From Rhina ancylostomus (Eukaryota): a stretch of 64,000 bases of DNA. The notes beneath the pieces are model-generated. The model was not told the origin of the DNA and did not search any database. It saw only the letters and a program-made list of their open reading frames with translations. Shown here piece by piece: positions 51,700-64,000 of this stretch. The first letter of the stretch is position 1; each line of letters opens with the position of its first letter. The DNA is taken from assembly GCA_030265395.1 (NCBI GenBank), contig JARFYF010000017.1, forward strand, positions 36,491,509 through 36,555,508, read 5' to 3'. A program made the position numbers and the translations under genes.

Positions 51700-52232
51700 T
51701 TAAAGAGAGAGAGCATGGACTGAGTCCACACTGACCATCAACCACCTATTTCCACATTAATCTCAACTTTAATCACCTCCATTCCTCTCAACTCCCCCCT
51801 GAATTTACTACTCACCTACACACTAGGGACAATTTACAGTGACTAATTAAGCTGCCAACCTGCGCATCTTTTAGGATGCAGAAGGAAAAACTGGAATACC
51901 CGGATGGCAATTATGCAGTCACAGGGAGAATGTGCAAATTCCACACAGACTATGCCTGGGGTCAATCTTGGTGAATTCTAGGACTAGAGGAGGTTACATA
52001 GAAAGGGAGGCGTGACAATATGGAAGGCTTTGAAAACAGNNNNNNNNNNNNNNNNNNNNNNNNNNNNNNNNNNNNNNNNNNNNNNNNNNNNNNNNNNNNN
52101 NNNNNNNNNNNNNNNNNNNNNNAATGTGGGAGGAAACCGGAGCACCCGGAGGAAACCCACGCAGACACGGGAGAATGTACAAACTCCTTACAGACAGCGG
52201 CAGGAATCGAACCCTGATCGCTGGCGCTGTAA
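51700..52232 (-). mobile_element. Two V-SINE (HE1-like) copies: an older one at about 51700-51965 and a younger, partly N-masked one ending at about 52232
   Basis: GGAAACCGGAGCACCCGGAGGAAACCCACGCAGACACGGGAGAATGTACAAACTCC, and B box reverse complement GGAATCGAACCC at 52203-52214. Confidence 0.85.
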
Positions 52233-53429
52233 ACATTTTACAAATACAAGCTTTCCTTTAACACTCATTTACAGAGACAAGTTATTGCTGTGAAACAAGC
52301 CCTCCAGTAGAAAGGTTGCTTTGTTCTGAATGTGATCAGTCAAAGGTGCTTGGATTTGTGAATACGGTATCTTTTGAGTGGCGATCATGGTAATGATTAC
52401 TTCTATATTCCTTGGCTTTTTGTGAACATAAGAACATAAGTAATTGGAGCATGAGTTGGCCATTGGGTCTGTCAAGCCCATTCAGTCAGATCATTAATGA
52501 TCTTTTACCTCAGTGCCTCTTTCCTGCACTGTATTCCTTGATTCCTTTAATATGTGCTTTGTTAGATATTATACAAATTTCATAGAAATTGAGTGGTGTA
52601 CCTAAGGAAATACACTGCCAGAGCTCATCAAGGTAAAAGCTGGACTACAGTTTTAATGCAATCCAAGGTATAAATTTAGTATTATCAAGGCAATTACTAA
52701 AGGTATGTGTCTCCTTGCTGCCTCTGTATTTGAGAAACTGCTTGTAGGTGGTTCAGTAATTGTCCAATTGGCTATATCAATTTTCTCTTACAGTCTACTC
52801 TTTAATTTAAATGAAAAAAAGTGTTAGTATTTTGCAGTATGACTTCCAAGGTTTATTCTTCCTGAATCTAAAGTCCAGATCTGACCCTTTCCCTAATCCT
52901 CCTTCAAACCCAACATTGCTTTCTATTATCAGCAATTGGGTATGTAATTTCCCACAATATATTTACAAATGTCCTTTAAAAATACTTAATTTGCTGTTAA
53001 ATGTTTTGTGATTTCCTGACATTGTGACAAACACTTTAGAAATGCAAATTCTTCCTTATGTATATTTGCATTTTAACTTGCTGAAGTGAAGGTTCACTGG
53101 AGTGATCTTTGATATGAGGCACAAGGGAAATATCTGGTGAGAGTCTAAAATCAATAAAACAGCCACCTTACTAACACAATAATTATTCCACGGCCCGGAC
53201 CATCAAATGATGCAAACTAAGGGAGCTTTAAATACATTTTATAAGCTTGTGGAAAACCTGCTATTTTTGTTTAACAGTGCAAAACTTAATACAGCACTTA
53301 TGCTCATTTGTATGCAGAGAAAATCCTGGTTGGCCGAATTCACCGTTGACTTCCAAGTGGGCATGCACATCAGATTTTGGGAGGGATTTTTTCTGTCCAT
53401 AATACCTACTATTGTGTGAATCTATAATT

Positions 53430-53452
53430 CATTATTATTATTATTATTATTA
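53430..53452. repeat. (ATT)n microsatellite
   Basis: attattattattattattatt. Confidence 0.9.
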
Positions 53453-55249
53453 ACAGACATTTGATCATTTTTTCTATTACAACCACACAGATATTTTTCT
53501 GCTATTGCATTACCCACCACCTCTATTCTTTGCCCATTACTGGTGGCTTGTGACAAAGCAGCTAAGTGCCACATTTGGAACCATTGTATCCATTTGCTCC
53601 AGCTTGTGCTTACTAAACANNNNNNNNNNNNNNNNNNNNNNNNNNNNNNNNNNNNNNCTCTTTCTCTGTAATATAAAGACACAGAGACAATTATAGAAAG
53701 TTCAGAACATGGTTTTAAACAGTCCAAAACTTGGTGTCATATTACACCAGGTACCGAATAGTTCTACCTGTTATGCATTCCTTCCTTTCCTCACATTTCT
53801 GCCAAAGGTTTTTGATAGGAGGTTCCACTTTATTTGTTCTAAAGTAGAGCTGAGAACAAGTTACCAGTGTTTCTGGGACATAATAGCTCCACATTACATT
53901 GCTCATCTTGGAATTCATTGGCATAACCTTAAAGTTAGAGCTAGACTATTCAGAGGCCACGCCAAAAAATGCTTCACGTAGAGTAGTGGAAATCTGGATA
54001 CCCTTGATCCTCTACCACCCCCGACACCACCCTCCAGAAAAACCCACGAGATTTGGAAAATTGAAAATTGGGATTGACTGGGGTTTCATTAGAGGTCATG
54101 AAATTAGGGAGGTTACATGGAGTTAAGACACAGATTGGCCCTGATCTAACAAGAGACTGAGTGGACTATTCCTGGTCTTATGAAATATGAGAAAAAAGTT
54201 TGAGTTGGGATGGTAAAAGAAAAGTCTGGTGCATAATGTTGAAAAAAATGCTATGCATTTGGATTTCCAGGAATTCCAGTTTCTCTCAGATGCCTTTTCC
54301 TTTCTTCTGAATAAGTGAAAACAACACAGATGCCAATCAGATCCCACCACTTCTCCACAGGGTTAAGCTATGTTACTGGACTTTGGGAACCATCAAATGT
54401 ACCTCCTTGCCTAACATCCATGCCAATTCCTTTGTAGCAGGGAGTTATTATGTGGTGTCTTAGTTTGTCTTATATCCCTATTGGAAAGGAAGATAGCTGT
54501 GGTTGACCTGAAATAATGTTGACTGAATAGAAAATATTCTTTGCCATGATAGTAGACTGCCTCAGCATCTGGAACACTGGCATTTTTCAACTGCTGAAGA
54601 CCTATAATCTGAAGTCTACTCAATAAAGACTTTGCACATTCAGAAACCATGTTGAACCACGTGCTCACTAAATCTTCCTATATCAGGGTGGGTACACACG
54701 ACTACAATTAAAAAGAGGCAAGTGGTGAAGCTTGGTCAACAAAGCCACTTTGTTCGAATTGGTAGTGTGATCTTTTAAACAAGATTAGCTCTTGTTGTGG
54801 GATTTCCCAATAGGTTTTCTGAGGCTTGATTTATGAATGGCTTGTTCCACAATACTGTGACTTCTCAATCCCAGTATGTCCACAGCTAAGTGTAGAAGTC
54901 CACCTTTACCATTTTCCTTTCCAACAGAGATATGAGACAAATTAAAACATCACCAACTAACTCCCTGATACCACCTGACTCTCTGACTTATCTGGAAGTA
55001 GGATTTTCCACATCTTTTTTTTATATCCTGACTTGCTCAGTGTGGTATGTGCAGACTTCATTTATTACTTCATTTAAAGCAGACTGCCCTTCTCTACATA
55101 CCCATTTAGCTGATGGGAGCACTGGTATGTATTTGTGAATTCCCCTGTAATAGTCCCTTCTCCCACTGGGTATGACCTCAGTGATCTGTGTTTCAGGAGA
55201 TGTTTTGCTTACTGCTGCAAACCCAGGAACATTAACAGACACTGAAACC

Positions 55250-55440
55250 CAAACAAAGGGTAGATGCTGGAAATCTGAAAAAAGACTGAAAATACTGGGA
55301 ATGCTCAGCAGGCCAGGCAGCATCTGTGGAGAAAGAGCCAAGGTTATTTTGCAAGAATGTCAACCTGAAACATTGACTCAGTTTCTCACTTCACAGATGC
55401 CACCTGACTGACTGAGCATTTCCAGCACTTCCTGTCTTTG
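55250..55440. mobile_element. Penelope-derived short hairpin element (related fragments near 12870, 23505, 26470, 45230, 49275)
   Basis: ATGCTCAGCAGGCCAGGCAGCATCTGTG is inverted against CACAGATGCCACCTGACTGACTGAGCATTTCCAG. Confidence 0.65.
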
Positions 55441-56276
55441 TTAATGTGAACAGGCATCGATTATGTCATGCCTGGTATTGGTCACTCTCCAATGCACTTG
55501 ACAACACAAGGTCAATAAAGCAGAGCTAAAAGCCAACATTACTATGAAACATGCCTCCATTTCTGCTACTTTCACTATGCTAAACAGTATTAGCCTAAAA
55601 AATGATGGCTTGTATTGTATTTGAGCAAACAAAGCTCCAAGCACCCTCCCAGAAGAAGGTGTTCCAATGCTTGAAGACATGCTTATGGATTTGTTAAAGC
55701 AAGTGCAAATATTCTCTCACAATACTTATGTTGTTGTGCATAGCTGGACCCTCCCTGGTACATCCAAGTCTACTGCATAATAGGTTTAAGGGATGGTCAG
55801 TCCTACATGTAATTATTCTAAGCAGCTACCTTGACCTTTTATGATTTTGACAAACACAGAAAAATACAAGAAACAGATTCAATCATCCATATTATTTTCA
55901 CCCAACAAAATTGTTAATATGAAATTAGTTCTTTTTTCATATTGGGTGAAGGAACATACAGAGAAACCTTTGCCACAATTTGCATGACATCATGTGGCAA
56001 TATCAGACTTGTCTAGGAATAGCCAAGGGGGAGAGTTCAGTCACACAGATACATGCAGCACAAAACACAATCCTGGTAGAAGATCACAGATCTCACAACC
56101 TCAATGCTCAACGTATCCATGCAGAGATAAAATGTGTCAACAATGAGATGCTGATGAAAGTATAAAATATACAGAGTTCCTATGGCGACATGAGTGAATG
56201 TACTGCTTACACTTTCTGCTTTCCCTTAAGAAATGTCCCTCCAGTAAAGTGAATGAATGTGAAATTGTGAAGTCTT

Positions 56277-56680
56277 AGAGTCATAAAGTTATACAGCATG
56301 GAAACAGGCCCTTTGGCCCAACATGTCCATGCTGACCAAGTTACCTACCTGAGCTGGTCCCATATCTCTTAAAGCCTTTTCTATCCATGTACTGTACCTT
56401 TCTAAATGTCTTTTAAATGGTGTAATTGTACCTGCCTCTATCATTTGCTCTGGCAGCTTGTTCCACATACCGACCATACTCTATGTGGAAAACCTTGCCT
56501 CTCAGGTCCTCTTTAAGCCTTTCCCCTCTCACCCTAAATCTATGCTTTTAGTTTTAGCCTCCTCTACCCCGGAAAAAATACGGTGACCATCCACATTATC
56601 TATCCTCCTTGTGGTTTTATAAACATCGATAAGGTCACCCCTCAGACTCCTGCATGCCAGGGAAAAAGTCTCAGTCCATC
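56277..56680 (-). mobile_element. CR1 LINE 3' end
   Basis: LRGDLIDVYK..RIDNVD and VGMWNKLPEQMIEAGTITPFKRHL motifs. Confidence 0.88.
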
Positions 56681-59600
56681 CAGTGCCTCCTGCACAGTTG
56701 CATGCATAGAAGCAGAACCTCGGCTCCATTCTTTGCTGTGATATAAAGTCAGGAAGATGCATGATCAGGCACCTGAATGGTGATGATTTAAGCTGGGTAG
56801 ATGGCAGAAACGTTCAAAATATGTGTAGTGCTTTCTTGACATGAGGGAGAATATGTACAGATGCTGACTGAGTATAGCAATAAACATTTTGTTAATTCTG
56901 TTTCTGGAATTGCGGTGTCACTAGCAAGACCAGCATTTATTGACCATCCCTGGTAGCCTATAAGAAAGTGGAAGTGAGTAACCTTTATCATTAAAGGTGC
57001 CATTATCAGCTGGATTAAAACCTTTCCAGTCAACTCATTTCGGAGGCTGACGGTATTGTAAATGTACTGCTGCTTTCACACAGAAAATAGCATCAGCATT
57101 AGGTTAATTATGCATTTCTGCCGTCAACTGCAATCAATCCAGCGGTGTTTTGTAACTCGCAGATCTAGTCACACCAGCCAGGCGTTTCCCAATCAACACA
57201 ATGTGTAAAGATATTTGTCCTGTCAGCAAAGCAGGACCATTTGTAAAAAAACAGAAGGTGTGTTTGTCAAGGAAATATTTACCCTAGCTATGATACAGCC
57301 AAAACCTTTAGAGGTAAATCCATGCGAATGCTCAGAGGAGGTAGTTTTTCCAGTTCACGTTGGGATAAGTAACAAACTGGGGTAGAATAAATAGACATCA
57401 ACTAATTACATATCAAACATGGATTTGTTTCAGTCTGTAATGCCATTTTTACTTTATAAATAACTCAAAGATTGTAGGAGGTGTTGCAGACTAAATCATA
57501 AGCAGAGTTATGAGATTAATTTAAATGTCTTCCAAATGATGGCCTGCAGTGATCCTTGACAGAATAGTGTAGAGGGAGAGTTTCAAAATTACACTTTTCA
57601 TGAGAGAAGTTTCTCAAACCTTGTTTTCATATCCCTCAAAAGAACTAGAATTTTGGGAATTTTGTGGCGGTGATATACATTTCATTTATCTTTCTTCAAC
57701 AATTAGATTTAGTCTCATGACAACAACACTGCACATTAGGATCATGGACTTCTATGTTACCTGGCACTGATTGTTGGATTGCTATGGCTCAGAAGGAGGC
57801 CTTTCAGCCCATCGTATCCCTGGTTTTGGCAGGACCACAGTGGAGGACAATAAACTAATCATACCAAAATTGTCAATGCCAAGGGTCAAACAGATACAGG
57901 CAGACAAAGCATATGACCAGGTGACATATTTAACCAATAGTGAACCTGTTCTCACTTGACTTGTTGCCATAACACCTGTTTACACTTGATAATTTACATG
58001 TTTTAACCAATAATTTGAAATCATAAAATGTACATGTGGTTGCTTTTAATTGTGAAAGTGCTTTATTTTCTGTTTAGCATTAATAGGTAAAACAAAAGAA
58101 TTATTAGTTGAGCTGTTGAAAGGCTTTGGGAAGGAAACATTTATAAACTACAGAAGGCACTGAAAGACCTAATTATTGCCTAGGTATATAATCACAAAAG
58201 AAATTGAAATTAATTTTACCCTGAGTGAAATGTGATAGGGATCATTGTGGCATTTTGCATCAGTCCCCTAATTTGAAAAGACATTTCCACGTGCAATACA
58301 TCTTGGCACTCATGATGTACTTTCTGCTTCATTCCCTGTGCACTATTCCTGTTGGAGCACTGCAGTGGAAGTTACTGCAAGTTGTCCTTGGAGCAACCAT
58401 TGCTGGGCAGTCCCAGGACAAGGTCTTCACAATGCAGCACTGGAATGGGGCCCCACTAAGGTAAGTTCTTTGATCTTTCTGAAGATCCCAACCTCCACAT
58501 GGCATCGAATCCTCCAAATCTTTGATCTCACTCATGCCTCCCCCCATCCCAAGGCACAGTTTCTGTTCCCAATGGTCTAGTCATGTTCCTCACCCTCCAG
58601 TCTCACTGCCCATCATTTCTGCCCCTATTCACCCTCAACCAATGCCCAGGCACACTAGGTAGGCCTCAATCTACTCACTTTTGCCACTTATCTAAATGCC
58701 AGCCCTCAGCTCCAGTTTTGTTTGCAGTGCTTGCCATTTCCTGCCACCAATCTTGCATACTGAGCCTTCATCCCCCACCCACCCCTGTCCCCAGGCTTGC
58801 ANNNNNNNNNNNNNNNNNNNNNNNNNNNNNNNNNNNNNNNNNNNNNNNNNNNNNNNNNNNNNNNNNNNNNNNNNNNNNNNNNNNNNNNNNNNNNNNNNNN
58901 NTTGCATGCAGACCCACACATTGTTAAATATGTAAGTAAGTCTGATGCCATCACAAGGTGGCTTTGATAATGAGTGCACCATATTGTACATGTGCACCAT
59001 TTGACAAGAACTTTGAGTAAACCAGAGACACTCTCTGCAGCTCTGTGTTTCCTGCATTTTACACTGTATAATTCGCAGGTTACCAATGTAGAGATTAAGA
59101 ATCCAGTCAGGCCGATACATCACACTCATGACAAGAATGGAATGGAAACAAATTGAAGCTGCCCTCTACAAACAAAGTTACTGAATACATCATTTACTCA
59201 TGATGATGAAGTAAGTCTGGGAATGCAGCTTTGAAGGGGAGGAAACCAGGAAGTGATCTTTGGAGGTTTGTGCGTGAACCAAGTCAGAATTTCACTAAAC
59301 TTCATTGTTAGAAAGAAATAGAAGCAGGTTCAATCTGGTAAATTCAGAACTAATGTCAAGAAGTTCTTCATTACTTCATTACAAGTGAGGGGAGGAGTGG
59401 CTATCTAGTGCCATCCAGCATACATTCCTTACCACCTGGAGTTTTAGAATTGCTTACTGAAGAAACTAGGACACTAAGTAAAAGTTAGGGCACTGGAGGG
59501 AGTCTTCACCCCCTACAAAGAGCCTGTAGGGGGGGAACTCTCCTCCTGCCATTGCAAACGGGAAGATTAGGGTGAAAGTATTTCTGTAAGAATCAATCAC

Positions 59601-62600
59601 CTTTGTGAATTGCCTCTCTTGCCTAATCTCACTCCCAAAATACTTCTCCTTCTCCTTGACTTCCTTCTCTTTCAGAAAGGCAAACCATTAAAAGCTCATT
59701 AAGAACCGTAGCCAGTTCTCAGAACTTTGCACTGAGTGGAGGAATACTTTCCTATGGTTTCATGTGGTTGGCTGTGCCAAAGCCAACAGTTTCCTCTGGA
59801 AGATCTGCTGTAATTCAAGGAAACCACTGGTGAAACCAGACAAAAGATTGCAAACTCAAGACCCATTCTAAAGACAGGAGCACAAAACTGAGGATAACAC
59901 TTTAACAGGAAACGCTGCACAAATCTGAATGGTTTCAATCAAATGGAGAAAATAAATATTTATTATTTAATAAACAAGGTGATGTATGAAATAGAATTCA
60001 TGTGCCCAAAATCCTGGGAACACAGAGGTTGGAAAAATCTGAAACCCTGATGATTTCACCTCAAATCAATGCAAGGGGAAGTTTTGTAGAATGTGCGGAT
60101 GGCAATGCTGCACCAACACTGGATCTCCGCTCATTCTGCCTTCATTGAAGCCCTGCAAAAGACACATCTGAGTTGGCACCATTTCCATGCTGCTCCCATC
60201 AGAACTACCACGAACAAAGTCAATGACATTCAAAGCTGCATTTGACTTTGGAGGTATGCTTCATATAAAACAATAATATTGTTGCCCTGGACATTGTGCC
60301 ACTCCAGTACTAATGTTGTTCCTCCAATATATCTGTACTGATATACACCACCAATTCTGCTCTTTAAACAATACCTTCCCTGCTATTTAAGTAAAGGTTG
60401 TGGAGTTCTCTAGAAATGGAAAGGTATTGAGTCCATCCCACTGCAGGCTAATTGGTGAGACAGAGGTCCTGGATTTTCAGAACCTCTCCAATTAAAATCA
60501 TGTAGGGAGAAAGTAAATAGAAAATAGTAAATACCTCAGTCAGAAATGTACACACTGATAAATATATATTTAGTGCATGCCAGAGCATAATAATACACAT
60601 AACCAGTTAATAGTGAGGATTGTAAACTAAGAGTTAAACGGAACCTCACAACAGTTCTACTGACAACACTGAGCAAAATGGTTTACATTTCATGTCCTGT
60701 CTGAGTTGAATAGGGTAGTCCTGAAAATTTAATTGTTCAACTAAAAATATTATTAAGTTGGTAAAAGCTATTCAGGTCAATGCTACCATAAACGGCCAAA
60801 TCAATCAGGTACCCGTCTACACCTGCCAGATTGCGGGCTTGCCCTTAAGGCTCTGATGAACTTGGCTGTGCACATTGCTTAGAGCAGATCTTAACTTTGA
60901 AAGGTTGAGTTTCAAGGTGTGCTGGTTGAGGTGATCACACATTGTCAGGTTTTGACGTTCCCAGTCACACATGTACTTCTCCCACTGTTAATAACATTTC
61001 AATGGTACTTCCTATTTCTGAGAGTTGGTGCCAGTAATACATGGTTGTAACATACAGAGGTGGAAACCCTCAATCTAACTTTCCATCAAGAATACTAATT
61101 CATTTACCTCAACCACCAAATTTAGAGGAAGAAAGACAGGAGAAAACTCAAGTGGAGCAGAAATGTTTGTACATCTTGGTTAGCCCAGGGATGTGGAATG
61201 TCCTGCTGATTTTAATGTCAGGAACTCATTAACATTGTCTTTGTACAATTCCCAGCCTGAGAGGACTTGGCAGGCTGGCTGGGTGGAGGCTGCAGCTCGG
61301 AACTGTTGGGCTGATTGTCCCCCGACACATGGAGAGGAACAACCCCGCCTTGCAACCCCAACTAAGCAGCACACCTGACTTTCCTGTTCTTCATTTCACA
61401 GGATGGCCAGTTGTGCAGATTCTGTTCTGCATGTGATTCTTCCTGGCTGATGTGGCCCTCCTACCTCCGCTTCTGATGGTGCAGCAGAAGGAAAATGCGT
61501 AATGTGAAACCTAAAATTACCTGTCTAGTCCTGAACTTCCTGCGCATTGTCTGTCTATAAAGTCAGAATCTGGCAGTTTTTATGTCTGGTTTGCAATGTT
61601 TATTGGGTCAGTTTTATTATGGAACACAGTCCAAGAGGGTGAAGAATGAAACATCTGTTTCCTTTGGCTTATAATATCAGTGAAAATCTTGATTGATTTT
61701 CTGGTGGCTCTTATATACAGTCCTAGTTAATTGTGATACCTACAGATCCCTGTCTAAATGGAAGTTGCCCACAAATATAAAGACAACTCACTCATAGCTA
61801 GTTAGTTTCAAAGTTTGTGAGAGTGAGGAAGATACAGGACATAAGCAGGCCCTTTGGCCCATCATGCCTATACTGACCATCAAGAACTAACCAATACTAA
61901 TCCATGTACCAGCATTTGGTCCATTGCCTAGTTTACCTTGGCGATTCAAGTGGTCCTCCAGACACTTTTTAAATCTACAATGATCTTCCAGGAAAGTTGG
62001 TAGAAACCTGAAAGATGGACACTAGTAGGGTGGAAACACTGGAGGTTCACAAAGGAAGTGAGGTTGCTTCTTAGTGGAGACAAAGCAGACTCATCTAGCA
62101 CTCGGAACACCTGTGCGTGAGTGGCCTGATGCCATTCTTGGGTCACGTAGGCATGCACCAAAATCACTGAAGCAGTGCCCACGACTACATTGGATGCTTC
62201 CCTATGTCAGTACGGAGGACTCAGAAGGTAAATAGAGGACTTTGAGGAGCTCACACTGAGTCCCCAAATCCTTTTGTGACAGACCATTATTGAAATTGAG
62301 TCACATTTTCAATTTCCAGATCATGAAATCTTGAAGTCTGCCTACTTGTGAGCCTTATTAACCCCAGGTCAGAGCTGCAGCAGAATGACAATATTCCATT
62401 TGATTTTTAGTTAGGATTTAATGATTTTGAGACTTTGCTATGGTTCAATATTTCTTCACTTTCTACGAAGAAATTTCTATCATTCACTTTCTATCGTTCC
62501 ATTTTATGGGCAGTGAGAGGTGATGGACTCAGCACTGAGAGAATGTGTTGGTCTGAGGGGCCCAACGAAAAGGTAGGTACAGGTAATGATTTGCTTTTTT

Positions 62601-64000
62601 AAAAAAAATGGTTTAACTGTAATGATTTTAATTAATTTCTAACTCTTATATGCTTCAAAGTAAATGATATTTAAGTCACCAATTTAAGAGACATCTGAAA
62701 AGAATAAAAAAGCTGTTGCCAGCATTGAACTGACAAAAGATCATCAGCGTTTCAAAGAAAATTTATTATTTCCTTACTTTTTAAAAAAGGTATTCAAATC
62801 CATTTGATCATTTTATTTAAATCATCATGAAACATATTTAAATATTATTCCAAAGGCTTTGATAGCAGTCAGCTGTCAAAAAGTAATCAGTGTGGTCCAA
62901 GTCACTCACCTACCCTTACCTTCTCAGTTGGGACCCTCAGCTTAGTGGTCCAGGAACAGGGATTCAGGATCTGCCACCTGAGGTCTAGTCTCTGCCCATG
63001 GACAAGCATCACTTGAGGTCTAGTCCCTGCCCTGTAGCCAGATCCTTAATTACATCCAAGATTTACTTAGAGCACCCATAATTTCAAGTTTAATTAATAT
63101 GCCCAGAGATTCTTCTGCTCCTGATAAGGAATGCTAATCCAGTTTGCACTGTTAATCCAACCCTCTTTGTGCGAATGCTACCTGGGTATGAATCTGCTCT
63201 GAAGCCACCGGTGGTTTTGCACATTTAGGTTGGAGGTCCATTGAGGTCCTATCTGAGGTACTTCACTAGAAATGGGCCTCCTACCTAGTTTGTCTCATCT
63301 CCAAACTGTTGTCATGCCAAATTCTGTCGACAAAGTCACCTGCAGAGAAGGATGTTTCAAAACACCTTGCCACCCATATCATTTGCATCACTTTTGTCCA
63401 AAATTCTGGGAACCAATTTTGCAATGGACTGTGAATTTTAGTCAATTATCCTAATATCAACATAGATTTCCAAGTTTCATCATCAGCATACAGTCTTTGG
63501 TTGATGATCTGTCAGATCACTAGACTAATTTATGTCCCTCCAGGTCTATCCAATCGCATGACCAAACAGCTTTGTACTTTTTTGAGACTTTGCTATAATT
63601 CTAACAATCAAATATAATTCTTTTCACGAGCAGGGTGATTGACCATTATATTGCTGATATTGATTTCTCAGGTGTTGCCACTTTAATTATTGAAATGATC
63701 CATAATGAATCCACCTGATTGAAAACTATAAGCCTCCTTAATGAATATAAATAATTGCAATGAATGAATCATCTCTGATTACTTGATGCATTTTCTTAAC
63801 TCCAACATTTAACGATGAAACAATTTCTAGTGTTCTGCTTATTCCCTCGTTGACACAAACTAGCTGCTTGAGAAAGAGAAGACCTTGGAAGGTAAGGAAG
63901 TTCTACTTTTATCTCCTATTTTCATTAACATTGTATAGAGATCCAGTAATGCTCTGCCTCTGGGTAGAAGCTGTCCACTGGTCTTGGTCAGCATTGTGTG

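Noticed and set aside
58225-62250. Exon-like GC-richer patches near 58330-58460, 60090-60255, 61250-61500 and 62000-62230
   Set aside because: Some end in GT donors, but the translations match nothing I recognise. They are probably decayed transposon pieces and cannot be supported as a gene.

Overview
Vertebrate genomic DNA, most likely an elasmobranch (shark/ray). This is inferred from the repeat complement: V-SINE/HE1-like, DeuSINE/SacSINE1-like, CR1, Penelope, RTE and Harbinger relics. The left ~18.4 kb carries coding exons 1-10 of an epithelial splicing regulatory protein gene on the minus strand. The exons join at GT-AG boundaries into one open frame of 1233 nt (411 codons: degenerate DnaQ-like domain, RRM1, RRM2), and the gene continues off the left edge. 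Diagnostic residues favour ESRP2 over ESRP1. Intron 4 is a clear U12-type (minor spliceosome) intron. The remaining ~45 kb upstream holds no intact gene that I can support. It contains a decayed type IV neuronal intermediate filament (XNIF/alpha-internexin-like) pseudogene, a two-ORF Harbinger fossil, TA-flanked MITEs, nested retroelements and several unique blocks that look like conserved non-coding enhancers. I found no convincing new biological system. The best leads are the intermediate-filament gene fossil, the minor-intron and splice-site oddities, and a stop-start uORF cassette ahead of the ESRP2 ATG. All family assignments come from recall and manual translation, not database searches.
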